A stretch of 64,000 nucleotides of DNA, taken from contig CBDHED010000002.1 of assembly GCA_965261825.1 (NCBI GenBank), forward strand, positions 18,103-82,102. The letters run 5' to 3'. The notes beneath the pieces are model-generated. The model was not told where the DNA came from and made no database searches. It worked only from the letters and a program-made list of their open reading frames with translations. The position numbers and the translations under genes were made by a program. Below are positions 10,137 to 19,789 of this stretch, piece by piece. Numbering within the stretch: the first letter of the stretch is position 1; each line of letters opens with the position of its first letter. The stretch comes from Dehalococcoidia bacterium (lineage in GTDB: Bacteria > Chloroflexota > Dehalococcoidia > Lucifugimonadales > QGNO01).

Positions 10137-11834
10137 TCACCTCGTAGTAAAGGCGGGGTATTTCTTCAACTCGCCCAGCAGAAAGCGCCCCAACAGACGC
10201 GCCTGAACCTCCATGACCCGGCGGTAGCTTATGGAGTAGTTGAACAGAGGGTGCGTTATCAGGGTGTCCAGTCTGCGCTCGAATGCTCTGATAACGGCCT
10301 TGCGTCCGCCCTCAGTCAGGGCCACGGCCCCAGACCTGTGAATGAAGTCCCCCTCCTTCAACTCCGCGTTGTTGAAGAGGGTCAGCGTAGCGGAATCTGC
10401 AACTATTGAGCGGAACTCCTCGGCGAGATCAAGGGCCAGTGCGGGCCGTCCATACTTGGGCTGATGGTAAAAGCCCATGTACGGATCGAATCCCACCGCC
10501 ACCGCCGATATCAGGGCTTGTTTGATCAACATCGAGTAGAGGAAGGACAACACCGCGTTCACCGGGTCCCTGGGCGGGCGGCGGTTGCGCGTGCGGAAGT
10601 CGAATGTGGATCGATCAGATTTAATCAGAGAAGCAAAGTTGGCAAAGTAGACGCGGGCAGCGGCCCCTTCTATGCCGAGCAGTGTTTGGAGCGAATCCGC
10701 AGACATGGCGCTTTTGCAAAGCCGTTCAATCTCCTGTAGAGCAGCCTGGGGCGAGTCGGGATGGTTCCTGCGAAGCATGACTCTGCTGTTTCGTAGTTTG
10801 GCGACGACGATGTCCCTTGCTATGGAGAGGGACGTGAGGCTGTCGCCGGCCGCGCGGAACTGGGCTATCCGCAGTTCGACGTTCTTGTGGCCCATACTCC
10901 AAGTTATGCCCTTCAGCCAACCTCCGTAGGTGAAGTGGCAGACGGGTATTGCCCGGTCCAAGAGCTCGCGCGTGGCCTGTGAGGTGACCTGAGTATTGCC
11001 AAAGATGGAGAGGCTGGACACGTCAAGGAGCCTGGCGCGGGCGACGACCTCGCGTTTAACGCTGACGGTGAGATTGTCGCCGGATTTTCCCACGACCCCG
11101 CCCTGGGTGGTCACGTACATGGGCAGAGCATCATCCCGCGCTGGGGCCATGCGACGAACGTCATCCGGCTTTACCACATGCCGGCTGCCTTTGAGGAAGG
11201 TAACCTCGTCAGGGAGGCAAATGCCAACGAGGGAGCACCGGGGACACTTTGGGCTGTCCTCAAGCGGAGGCGGGATTTTGCCGCCAACGGCCATCGCACG
11301 GGCGGCGTCCAGCATCTCCAGCGTCAGCGCCACCAGCGCATCGTCGAAGGGAACCCGGACGCGGCGCTTTGAAGCAACGAAGTAGAGGATGCCCTCGTCG
11401 CATTGGTACCCGCTGGCGCGCAGGAGAAGACCCTGAACGCACAGTTGCACCCGCTCGGGATCGTAGGCGTTGCCAGGGACGTCGGGTACGGTTCCGCGCT
11501 TGTAGTCTATGGGCGTGGCAGCCGGTCCCTGGGCCTCGACCAAGTCGATGCGCGCAATGGCGCCCAGAGTCTCATCCGACAGGAGGACGGAGCGAGCATG
11601 GATCTTCTCATGTTCGTCATCCTCGTCGGATTCCGGTTCCCTGAGATCGCCGGATGGCTGATCGACGCGCCGGTGCTGAAATCGGCCGTCCAGCGTATCC
11701 TCGCTGTGGGCAAACTCGCCCTGCACCCACTCCATGTAGCTCAGTCTGGGACAGTAAACGAACTCGTTGAGCATCCTGGCAGGTATAAGCTCAGGAACTC
11801 CAACCCCCCGGCTCCCATCGTCTCGGTCATTCAA
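10137..11834 (-). CDS. cas4-cas1: Cas4-Cas1 fusion protein
   Basis: 565 aa. The N-terminal Cas4-like part has FVYCPRLSYMEW and the cysteine cluster CPRCSLVGIC. The C-terminal ~330 aa is Cas1-like. The fusion is characteristic of I-U/I-G. The TTG at 11834 is uncertain; the next ATG is 19 codons downstream. Confidence 0.9.
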   Translation of the reverse strand: MNDRDDGSRGVGVPELIPARMLNEFVYCPRLSYMEWVQGEFAHSEDTLDGRFQHRRVDQPSGDLREPESDEDDEHEKIHARSVLLSDETLGAIARIDLVEAQGPAATPIDYKRGTVPDVPGNAYDPERVQLCVQGLLLRASGYQCDEGILYFVASKRRVRVPFDDALVALTLEMLDAARAMAVGGKIPPPLEDSPKCPRCSLVGICLPDEVTFLKGSRHVVKPDDVRRMAPARDDALPMYVTTQGGVVGKSGDNLTVSVKREVVARARLLDVSSLSIFGNTQVTSQATRELLDRAIPVCHFTYGGWLKGITWSMGHKNVELRIAQFRAAGDSLTSLSIARDIVVAKLRNSRVMLRRNHPDSPQAALQEIERLCKSAMSADSLQTLLGIEGAAARVYFANFASLIKSDRSTFDFRTRNRRPPRDPVNAVLSFLYSMLIKQALISAVAVGFDPYMGFYHQPKYGRPALALDLAEEFRSIVADSATLTLFNNAELKEGDFIHRSGAVALTEGGRKAVIRAFERRLDTLITHPLFNYSISYRRVMEVQARLLGRFLLGELKKYPAFTTR

Positions 11835-14710
11835 GTCGGCAACTCCGGCTTCTTGGAACCGTGGATGGACGGGTCACTCGCCAGCAGTGTTCTCAGCCTA
11901 GCTACGGCGGCCACGGCGGCTTCGCCGAGACCGAGCAGGTCTCGAACGACGCGCTCATCCAGCTCAATTCGCACGGGATCTACGGCGCACTGATGGAAGG
12001 ACTGAAACTTACGGTCCCTGAAGTCTTGCCAGATTGCTAGGGCCTCGTCGAGTTGCCAGGCTTTCAGCTTTCGGACATCAAGCGTTGTGAGGTTCTCCAA
12101 CATTCCCTTGTTGCCTTGTCCTCTACCTTCCTGGGCACTGTTGGAATGATCAGCGTGGAGCAGCATTCCGAGCGTGGAGTTACACCAGAGGGCCAAAGCT
12201 ATCTCTAGCCGGGACCTGATGACAGGATCATCCTCGTGTATGGACAATGTGTGCCACGCTCTCACCCCCAATGTCTTTATACTGGTATATGTTGTCATTA
12301 TCCGTTGTGCGTTGTATCTGACGTCAACGGTGATGTGAAGCGTGCCAGCTTGCGACCATATGGGCATGTGGTCAATGCCAGGCTTAGGGACAAGCCTGGC
12401 ATTCGGCTCTGAGGACATGCTCTGATGAACTGATGAGTCCAGGCTCCATATGGCGGGGAACTGAGCGTCTCCGTTCCAGCCGTGGTATCCATGAAACACC
12501 CCAAGCGAGCCTCGAATTCTCCGGTGCTGCGGTCCCACGTTACAGACTTCATCCATAACGGCAACCGGAACGTGGCCTGCAACCTGAGCGCCGTCCTCCA
12601 TCCAAAGTTCACCGCGCTCAAGGGCGGATGCGACCTGGCCCGTCACGACTCGCCTCCACCGGGCGGCCGTCCAAGGTCCCTCCCCTACAGGGCCGTCCAC
12701 GACCTCACCCCATTGTTCGCCGCCAACCATCAGAGGACTGCCTCCAATCGGCGGCCCGTCCGACCGCAACACGGGTGATGAAGCCGCCGCGTTCACGGCC
12801 CGGACGAGAGCCAGCGCATCCGTTTCCTGGTAGGGCGCACGCCATAGGTTGACGAATCTCCCACGTCTGGGCGCATGTTCACCCTCCTGGAGTCGGCGGG
12901 CCACGAGCAGCGCCTCTGCGATGGCGGTGTCGTATGACATGGAGAGGAGCGCAGGGTCGTGGGACGACACCACGAACTCAATCTCGTACCTGGAGGCGAG
13001 CATTTGGCGGACCTCTCGCCAAGACTCGCCGAACACTGCCGTCACCGGCAGCACCAGTGCGATGCGCCCTCCGGGGCTGACCATTCGGTCCGCTAGGACC
13101 GTGAAGGACGAAGCATGTCCGGCCATCTGATTGGCCGACGTGCCCTTCAGCAGAGCAGATGTCCGCTTCGCTATGGCCTGCTGGGATTCCATGTCGCCCT
13201 CCGGTAGGGAGAACACACGGGACAGAGCTTCCTCTTTCCCGCCATCGCTGCCCCGCCGGGTGAACGGGGGATTGCTGATGACCAAGTTGGCCCTGGGAAG
13301 CTGTACGATGCTTCCAGCACCGGTGGTCGCTCCTATCTGCTCTTCGGTGGCGGAGAAGAAGGACTGGACTTCAGATGATTCCAACCAGTCCAGCGAGCCA
13401 AGATAGACAGCCCGGGATTCCTTCCCTTGAAGGTTCTCCTGCGTCTCCGTACCCAATCTGAGGGTGTGAAGCTGCATCTGCTCGAACCTCACCGATGGGG
13501 ACATTGCCGCAAGGGTTGCAGCTGTCAGGTGAATGGCAGCCTGCACCACGTCAGCCCCGACAATGACCTTCTCGACCAGGGCCTGGTGGAGAGACGAGTC
13601 ATCGGAATCGTCGGAAGCCACAGCTGCGTGGTTCTGGACTATCTGCCGGTAGGCGGCCATGAGGAGAGTCCCTGTCCCACACGCCGGGTCAACCACACGC
13701 AAGCTGGAAATTCCCTCTGAGTCGCTCCAAGCAACGTGGGACCATCTGGCTGGGTGCAGAGCTAGCCCCGCAAGGAGAGTGGATGCCGGGATGCTCGTAT
13801 AGAAGGCCGCCAGCAGCTTCCGCTCCGAGATCAGCCGGTTGAATATCCGCCCGGCCAGGTCGTGGCGTCCCACTGCTCCCATGCCCAGCAACGCAGCGGC
13901 AGTCCTGGCGCACTCGCCGAGCACCGACGCAGCTTCAACTTCGGAAAGCTCCTGAACCACGTCCCGCGCCATGCTGAATATGGGATAGTAGTCTATGCTC
14001 AGGATGTGCTCCCATACCTGCAACAGCGTCATGCGCGAGAAGCGCCCGTCTCGCATCGCCGCGCTCACCGGCTGGAACGCCACCTCGTTGCTGGCCAGCC
14101 GGTCCTGGAAGACCATGGCGTTGATGACGACCAGCGCGGCCATGTTGGCCGCCTCCTCGCTGGGATCGGCGTCAAAAATCTTCGAGACCCTCCCCAACGT
14201 CCCGGGGGAGGAGTAGAGCCGGGAACCGGCTCGCCTCGCTCCCTCATCGAGGACGTCAACTGCTTCGTCGAGGTCGCCAGCTGGCGGGGTTGTCCGGTGC
14301 ACCGTATCCCCAAGCTCTATTGCAGTCCCACTGAGCTTGGGGCCGGAAGTGCCGTCTATGCGCCATTCCTGCCACACCAGCGTCGCGCCTGCCATGCGCT
14401 CGTACAGGTGTTGCTGGCTCGTCGAGCGCAGCCTTCCCGGAACCGTGACGGCGAAGACGTTCTGAACCTTCTGACCGTCTATCTCCATACCAAGGCGGGA
14501 GAGGGCATCTGCTTCCACGGTCAAGGCAGGTTCAAGCTCGGTCTCGAGGATCACAGGACCTTCGGACAGACGAACGATGATGTCCGGACGCCTGCCGCCG
14601 TGCAGCGTCTCAGCAACTGCCGACAGGCCGCACCGCTCCCGGAGGAACCGGGCCAGCGCATCGTTGATGATGCTTTCGTGGCTGCGGTCTTTGCCATTGA
14701 CGGTTGTCAT
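11831..14710 (-). CDS. Restriction-modification-like N6-adenine DNA methyltransferase (type IIG/IIL-like single polypeptide)
   Basis: 959 aa. SAM motif I is VVDPACGTGTLL, catalytic motif IV is LVISNPPFTRRG, and an FYTS motif lies upstream. The N-terminal RRPDIIV...GPVILETELEP resembles a PD-(D/E)xK core but lacks the canonical Lys. A long C-terminal region is consistent with a target-recognition domain. Its stop overlaps the cas4/cas1 start region. Confidence 0.7.
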   Translation of the reverse strand: MTTVNGKDRSHESIINDALARFLRERCGLSAVAETLHGGRRPDIIVRLSEGPVILETELEPALTVEADALSRLGMEIDGQKVQNVFAVTVPGRLRSTSQQHLYERMAGATLVWQEWRIDGTSGPKLSGTAIELGDTVHRTTPPAGDLDEAVDVLDEGARRAGSRLYSSPGTLGRVSKIFDADPSEEAANMAALVVINAMVFQDRLASNEVAFQPVSAAMRDGRFSRMTLLQVWEHILSIDYYPIFSMARDVVQELSEVEAASVLGECARTAAALLGMGAVGRHDLAGRIFNRLISERKLLAAFYTSIPASTLLAGLALHPARWSHVAWSDSEGISSLRVVDPACGTGTLLMAAYRQIVQNHAAVASDDSDDSSLHQALVEKVIVGADVVQAAIHLTAATLAAMSPSVRFEQMQLHTLRLGTETQENLQGKESRAVYLGSLDWLESSEVQSFFSATEEQIGATTGAGSIVQLPRANLVISNPPFTRRGSDGGKEEALSRVFSLPEGDMESQQAIAKRTSALLKGTSANQMAGHASSFTVLADRMVSPGGRIALVLPVTAVFGESWREVRQMLASRYEIEFVVSSHDPALLSMSYDTAIAEALLVARRLQEGEHAPRRGRFVNLWRAPYQETDALALVRAVNAAASSPVLRSDGPPIGGSPLMVGGEQWGEVVDGPVGEGPWTAARWRRVVTGQVASALERGELWMEDGAQVAGHVPVAVMDEVCNVGPQHRRIRGSLGVFHGYHGWNGDAQFPAIWSLDSSVHQSMSSEPNARLVPKPGIDHMPIWSQAGTLHITVDVRYNAQRIMTTYTSIKTLGVRAWHTLSIHEDDPVIRSRLEIALALWCNSTLGMLLHADHSNSAQEGRGQGNKGMLENLTTLDVRKLKAWQLDEALAIWQDFRDRKFQSFHQCAVDPVRIELDERVVRDLLGLGEAAVAAVARLRTLLASDPSIHGSKKPELPT

Positions 14711-14886
14711 GCCAGGAGTGAATCCCCCTCCGCTTAATCTATGACTTCAATAGGGTCTACGTTCTCCATTGCTGCCTTTGCTAATTCGTCCTGCTCAACA
14801 GCTCATCGCATCGTCTGCGTACCCAGAGAACCGATATCGTCCCGTCCCCCGACCAATGGCACTCCGGGACGGATGACTTCGACTTC

Positions 14887-15183
14887 CTACGCCGTGGGCT
14901 GCGGCTGGTAGCGTTCGACCCGTATTCGGTCTTCACCCTTACGCGCTTGTGCTAGGTCGTAGGAAGTCTGCCGGCGCAGCCAGAAATCGGCACTGGACCA
15001 TCCAGCCTTCTCAAGGCGAATGGCCATGTCGGGCGAGATCGCGGCGTGGCAGTTCAATACCCGAGAAAGGGTGTGGCGGGCAACGCCCAGAACCTCCGCC
15101 GCCTCGGTTACACTTAGCCCAAGGGGTTCCAGGCAGTTTTCCCTGATGCCCCGGCCAGGATGGGGTGGATTCTTCATAGCCAT
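14887..15183 (-). CDS. higA: HigA-family antitoxin (XRE HTH)
   Basis: [37 protein letters not shown]...[26 protein letters not shown] matches the HigA antidote pattern. It lies directly downstream of higB. Confidence 0.8.
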   Translation of the reverse strand: MAMKNPPHPGRGIRENCLEPLGLSVTEAAEVLGVARHTLSRVLNCHAAISPDMAIRLEKAGWSSADFWLRRQTSYDLAQARKGEDRIRVERYQPQPTA

Positions 15184-15198
15184 CTCTCTTCCCTCTCG

Positions 15199-15477
15199 CT
15201 AGTGATAGTCGGCTAGATCGACGTCATACACGTCACCACCTTCAAATCGGAAGGTGATCCGCCAGTTACCCGAAATCGAAATGCTCCACGATCCTCTCCG
15301 GTCACCCCTGAGGGGATGCAGTCTGTACCCCGGCAAATCAAGTTCACTCGGCTTGCTGGCAACATCCAGGTCCGCCAGGGCGAGAGTAATCCGATCCAGT
15401 TGGTCGGCGCCTATCCTGCTGGGGTCGCCTCGCTCATAGAGCCGCCTCAGTCTTCGATGGCGAAACGACCTAATCAT
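15199..15477 (-). CDS. higB: HigB-family toxin (plasmid maintenance system killer, RelE/ParE fold)
   Basis: MIRSFRHRRLRRLYERGD...GYRLHPLRGDRRGSWSISISGNWRITFRFEGGDVYDVDLADYH is the typical HigB pattern. I use the internal ATG at 15477 (92 aa) rather than the 141-aa ORF-track start. Confidence 0.8.
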   Translation of the reverse strand: MIRSFRHRRLRRLYERGDPSRIGADQLDRITLALADLDVASKPSELDLPGYRLHPLRGDRRGSWSISISGNWRITFRFEGGDVYDVDLADYH

Positions 15478-15977
15478 AGAAGGATTATACCGTGTTCCGG
15501 TACACCTATCAATAACTTCACTGTCATTCCCAACTCTTCCACACCACTTTGTGTATCCTTCAGTGCCCCAGGCACCGCTCCAGTGCCTCGTTGCGACGCG
15601 GCTGACGTGCCGCCACCGAGCCAACCCTGAACCCTAACCCCTGCTTCAACGCCTCCCGCACACGCCAGGAACAGCCTCCCGTCTTCATGCACGAGGCTAC
15701 GGCCTTGAGATATATGCCGAGACCGTCGCCGCATCCCTGTTTCCCTTTCTCCCACACTAGTTCGTGCAGCATCGTCATGAGCCTCAGGTGGTGAACGTCC
15801 TCAACGCCTCCGCTCTCTCCGATGACCGGCTTCATCGTCTGCCACACCTTCCCGCCCATGAAAGGAACGAAACGAAAAGGGATATACAGGTTTTCTGCCC
15901 ACCACCTTCCCTATGCGCGTGGAAGGAACCCAGACCCCGAATTGCTTGCTCCGATGGTAGCAGTGCCGGGCCGGAGC

Positions 15978-16787
15978 CTACTTCCACCACAGGCCGAGGG
16001 TGAGTATGCGTCGCAGGAGGCGCACCCGCCTCGCCCCGGCCAGTTCCCCGCGGGCCTCCGTCAGAGCGTTTTGTCGCCACCGCAGGTGGTCCGTCCTTCC
16101 CGCTTCATCCAGCTGCTCCGTCTCCGGGGGCAATGTCAGGCGGAAATCATGGATCATCGCTATCTCCAACTCCCAACGGCGCACCCCGGCTCTAGCCTGG
16201 TCAACCCGGCTGCCCTTCGCGTCTCCGCCGGTTCGCACCTGCCGCCACCCGGCCACCAGAGCAGCGGCCGGGCCAAAGGCGTGGGCTTCGTCGGGCTGCT
16301 CTTCCAGGGTGACCACCCCGGCGGGCAGCCCGTGACCCCGCCGGGGTGGACGCCACACGGAGGGCTGGTCATCGCCCGCCACCGGTCCAGACTCGCCACG
16401 CTGCTGCGCCTCCCTCATCAGTTGGGAGACCCTTCGCCCCGACTCTTCCAGTTGCCCGGCCTGGGTCTCCACCACTTCCCGCAGTCCCCGGGCTTCCTCC
16501 TCCAACTCGGCTATCCTTTGCCGCAGAGTCTCTACCTCGTCCGCCACGCCGTCATTGCCAACTTCAACCCCGCCGTCATCGCCGGTACCCACTGAGTCCC
16601 GGAACTCCTCCAGCGCCCTTCGCATCCGCCGGGACACACACCGGGAATCGTAGCAGGCCATCATGGTGCGGTAGTTCACCCCCAGTGCCTCGGCTGCGGC
16701 AACCCGACCCCGCTGCTCGACCAGGGCGTCCAGCAGGTCCAATAGGGGGGCATCCGATAGAGGGATATCCCGCTCGCCGACACTCAT
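15978..16787 (-). CDS. Hypothetical coiled-coil protein
   Basis: ORF 15978..16835. ATG at 16787 is preceded by AAGGAGG at 8 nt. It contains a central heptad-like acidic stretch (LRQRIAELEEEARGLREVVETQAGQLEE). I recognise no family. Confidence 0.5.
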   Translation of the reverse strand: MSVGERDIPLSDAPLLDLLDALVEQRGRVAAAEALGVNYRTMMACYDSRCVSRRMRRALEEFRDSVGTGDDGGVEVGNDGVADEVETLRQRIAELEEEARGLREVVETQAGQLEESGRRVSQLMREAQQRGESGPVAGDDQPSVWRPPRRGHGLPAGVVTLEEQPDEAHAFGPAAALVAGWRQVRTGGDAKGSRVDQARAGVRRWELEIAMIHDFRLTLPPETEQLDEAGRTDHLRWRQNALTEARGELAGARRVRLLRRILTLGLWWK

Positions 16788-16931
16788 TTCCACGGCCTCC
16801 TTCGCTAAGAGAGTACAATTCCTACAGTACAACACCTACAATAAATCCGACACAGGCCGTCAACAAAATCCCGGCCCAACCCACCTTCCCCAACCCTCTA
16901 CCCTGCCTGATTCCCGTTGGAAACCAGCCCG

Positions 16932-16946
16932 ATTGCATTATGCAAT
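16932..16946. promoter_or_regulatory. Perfect 15-bp palindrome ATTGCATTATGCAAT in a divergent intergenic region
   Basis: Seen directly: 7-bp arms around a central T, between the divergently transcribed genes ending at 16787 (-) and starting at 17171 (+). It may be an operator or an oriT-type site. Confidence 0.3.
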
Positions 16947-17170
16947 GCAATCTAAATCTCCTTACAGGGCTGCCACTGCGAAAGTCGGCTCGGACCGATT
17001 GTAGTCTCAGCCATTCCCGGGTGGCCGGAAACTGACGTCCGAACCTTGCGCCACCCGCCTCCATCCGGTAGTATGAGAACTAATGTTCTTCCGACATCCC
17101 GAGCTGGGCAAATCACGAGGCCGCGGCCGCCCTGAATCCGGCGGCGGTCCGGCCCAAAGGAGGGAGCGAC

Positions 17171-19789
17171 GTGAAACAGAGTCTTATCAAGCGAATCTTC
17201 GGAGGCGAACCCCAACCGGCCACGCGGCTGCTGGCGGTCACGCCGCCCCGTACCGGGGAGCGCACCCTGCTGGGGGTGGAGAACCTGCTGGGGTCCATCG
17301 CCGTCCCCGAACCCTTCTCCCTGGAGATCGCCGGGGACGCCGCCGGCGTCACTCTGCTGGCCCGCTGCCGGGAGGGCTCCTTCGTGAAGCAGCAGCTGGG
17401 CGTCCACTATCCCCAGGCAAGGGTGGGCGACGTTTCCTCCGAGGACGATCCGTTGCGGCTGGCCGAGGGGGAGCAGGCCTGGTCCATGAACCTGCGGCTC
17501 CAGGGGCCGGAGTACCTGCCCCTGCGCACCTTCCGTGACGACGACCTGCTGGACCAGGGGTCCGACCCCCTCATCTCGGTCATCGGCTCCCTGTCCGACC
17601 TGGAGGAGGGGGAGCGGTTGGTGGCCCGGATGAAGCTGCTGTCCCTGGGGCCGGACTGGTCCCGCCAGCACCTGGAGAAGGCCGACCGGAGGCCCCAACC
17701 CAACCCGTCCAGTTCCCCTCACAACGCCGATGTCCAGATTCACCGCAACGACGGGGTGACCATGGCCATCCTGGGGTTGATCGCCCTGCCGAGCTTGATG
17801 GGCTACGTCTGGATTCAGCGCGGGGAGACCTGGAAGGCGGTCCTGTTGGGCCTGGGGATGGCGTCGCTGGCCTCCCTGGTGGGCTGGGCCTGGTGGCGCA
17901 TCAAGAAGGCCCGCTCCGGTGGCAAGCACCAGGACCCGCTGCTCATCAAGGAGAAGGTCTCCCGCATCGCCTACGAGGCCGAGCTAGAGGTCACCGCCGT
18001 CCTGTCGCAGCACGGGACCGAGAGCCGGGCCAGGGAGCTGCTGCGCAACGTGGCCTCGGCCTACCGGGGCTACGACAACCCCGCCGGGGCCAGCTTCAAG
18101 GCGGGGAAGGTGCGGCCCGCCGTTCCGGCAACCGAGCCGTGGCCACCCCGCCGGGGGATGTTCCAGAGCCGGAACGTCCTGGGGGGCAGGGAGGCGGCGG
18201 CCCTGTGGCACCCCCTGGGGGCCGGAGACGACCTGCCCATGGTGGCCCGCTCCGGGGCCAGGGTGCTGTTCCCCTCGGCCAAGGGCGTCGCCGGCGGCGC
18301 TCACGTGGGGGACACGGTGGCCAGCAGGCCGCGGAAGATTCACTTCCAGGACGACCTGCTGCGCCGACACCACCTCTACGTGGCCCGCACCCGCATGGGC
18401 AAGTCCACGCTGATGCACCACGTTGTCACCCACAAGCTGCGGGAGAAGGCTGCGGGCAGGGACGGCGACGCCATCGTGGTCATAGACCCCCACCGTGACC
18501 TGGTGGACGCCCTGTTGCGGCACGTGCCCGCAGAGATCGCCGATAAGGTGCGGCTGATAGACCTTGGCGACGAGGATCGGGTTCCGGGCATCAACCTTCT
18601 GGACACCAAGGTCTTCGCCGACCGGGACCGCACCGCCGACTCGGTGGTGAGGATTGCCAAGGGCGTATGGGAGCAGTGGGGACCCCGGATGCAGTCCGTC
18701 CTGGAGCACACCGTCAAGAGCCTCCACGAGTACAACGCCCACCCCGACACCAGGGAGGACGAGCAGCTCACCATCCTGGACGGGCAACGGCTGCTGGCGG
18801 AGCCGGAGTTCCGCAAGCAGGTGCAGCGGCGGGTGGGCGACCCCTACGTGCTGGGGTGGTGGGCGCGGGACTTCGCAAGCTGGACCCGCCAGTTCCGGTC
18901 CGAGGTCACCGCGCCGGTGCAGACCCGCCTGGCCTACTACGCATCGTCCAAGAAGGCCCGGGCTATCCTGGGGCAGCGCCGCTCCACCATTGACCTGCGG
19001 GAGGTCATCGCCGGCGGCGGCGTGCTGCTGGTGTCCACCTCTCAGGCCACGGCGGGACCGGAGGTCTCGGCCCTGGTGGGCGCGTCGTTGCTCAACTTGG
19101 TGGACTCGGTGATCAGGGAGCAGGGCAGGCTGCCGCTCGACCAAAGGCGCGGCGCGTTGGTGGTGGTGGACGAGATGCAGGCCATGCCCGGCGTCGATTA
19201 CGAGTCCATGCTCAGCGAGCTGGGCAAGTTCGGGGCCAGCTTCATCCTGGCCACCCAGAGCCTGGCCAAGCTGGCTGACCTCTCCCCCACCATGCAGGAC
19301 ACGCTCCTGGCCAACGTGGGGTGCCTGGCGGTGTTCCAGGTGGCGGCCTCCGACGCCCGGCAGCTCATCGGGGAGCTGGACCGGGAGCGGTTGACCGAGG
19401 AGGACCTGGTGTCCCTGCCCGTGCACCACTGCTACGTGCGGGCCACCGTGGACGGGGAGCGGCTGGCGACCTACTCCATGAGGGTGAGGAAGCCGGAGGA
19501 CGGAGACCCATTGGCGGCGGAGCGCGTCCGGGCCGGAACGGCGGCCTACGCCACCCCGGCGGAGACCATCGCCTCCCAGGACGCCGAGGCCCAGCGGCTG
19601 GTGCAGGAGTTCCGGGACAAGCTGGAGGAAATTGAAGGCGACGGGGCCTCCGAGCATCCGGCCCCCGGCTCTGCAAAGTCGTCCCCCAACGGCGTCGCCG
19701 GGGAAGCCGCTCCGGGGAAGAGGAAGCGGCCGAGGCGGCGGCGCGAGGGAACCCCGGAACCCGCCGAAGCCGGTGACGGGAGTGAATGA
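17171..19789 (+). CDS. Membrane-anchored FtsK/HerA/TraD-superfamily P-loop ATPase (putative coupling/DNA-translocation protein)
   Basis: 872 aa. GTG start follows AAAGGAGGGA. Two hydrophobic segments are present (AILGLIALPSLMGYVWI, AVLLGLGMASLASLVGWAWW). Walker A is ARTRMGKSTLM, Walker B is ALVVVDEMQ, and VVIDPHRDL is also present. The C-terminal tail is acidic/basic. Confidence 0.6.
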   Translation: MKQSLIKRIFGGEPQPATRLLAVTPPRTGERTLLGVENLLGSIAVPEPFSLEIAGDAAGVTLLARCREGSFVKQQLGVHYPQARVGDVSSEDDPLRLAEGEQAWSMNLRLQGPEYLPLRTFRDDDLLDQGSDPLISVIGSLSDLEEGERLVARMKLLSLGPDWSRQHLEKADRRPQPNPSSSPHNADVQIHRNDGVTMAILGLIALPSLMGYVWIQRGETWKAVLLGLGMASLASLVGWAWWRIKKARSGGKHQDPLLIKEKVSRIAYEAELEVTAVLSQHGTESRARELLRNVASAYRGYDNPAGASFKAGKVRPAVPATEPWPPRRGMFQSRNVLGGREAAALWHPLGAGDDLPMVARSGARVLFPSAKGVAGGAHVGDTVASRPRKIHFQDDLLRRHHLYVARTRMGKSTLMHHVVTHKLREKAAGRDGDAIVVIDPHRDLVDALLRHVPAEIADKVRLIDLGDEDRVPGINLLDTKVFADRDRTADSVVRIAKGVWEQWGPRMQSVLEHTVKSLHEYNAHPDTREDEQLTILDGQRLLAEPEFRKQVQRRVGDPYVLGWWARDFASWTRQFRSEVTAPVQTRLAYYASSKKARAILGQRRSTIDLREVIAGGGVLLVSTSQATAGPEVSALVGASLLNLVDSVIREQGRLPLDQRRGALVVVDEMQAMPGVDYESMLSELGKFGASFILATQSLAKLADLSPTMQDTLLANVGCLAVFQVAASDARQLIGELDRERLTEEDLVSLPVHHCYVRATVDGERLATYSMRVRKPEDGDPLAAERVRAGTAAYATPAETIASQDAEAQRLVQEFRDKLEEIEGDGASEHPAPGSAKSSPNGVAGEAAPGKRKRPRRRREGTPEPAEAGDGSE

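Noticed and set aside
15478-15624. The 141-aa version of the HigB ORF.
   Set aside because: The extra 49 N-terminal residues are Trp/Arg/Gly-rich with no family resemblance. HigB homologs start at MIRSF...
15560-15859. 99-aa - strand ORF between the coiled-coil gene and higB.
   Set aside because: It might be real (it begins plausibly at MKPVIGESGG...). I recognise no motif and it overlaps other equally long frames, so the support is too weak to call.
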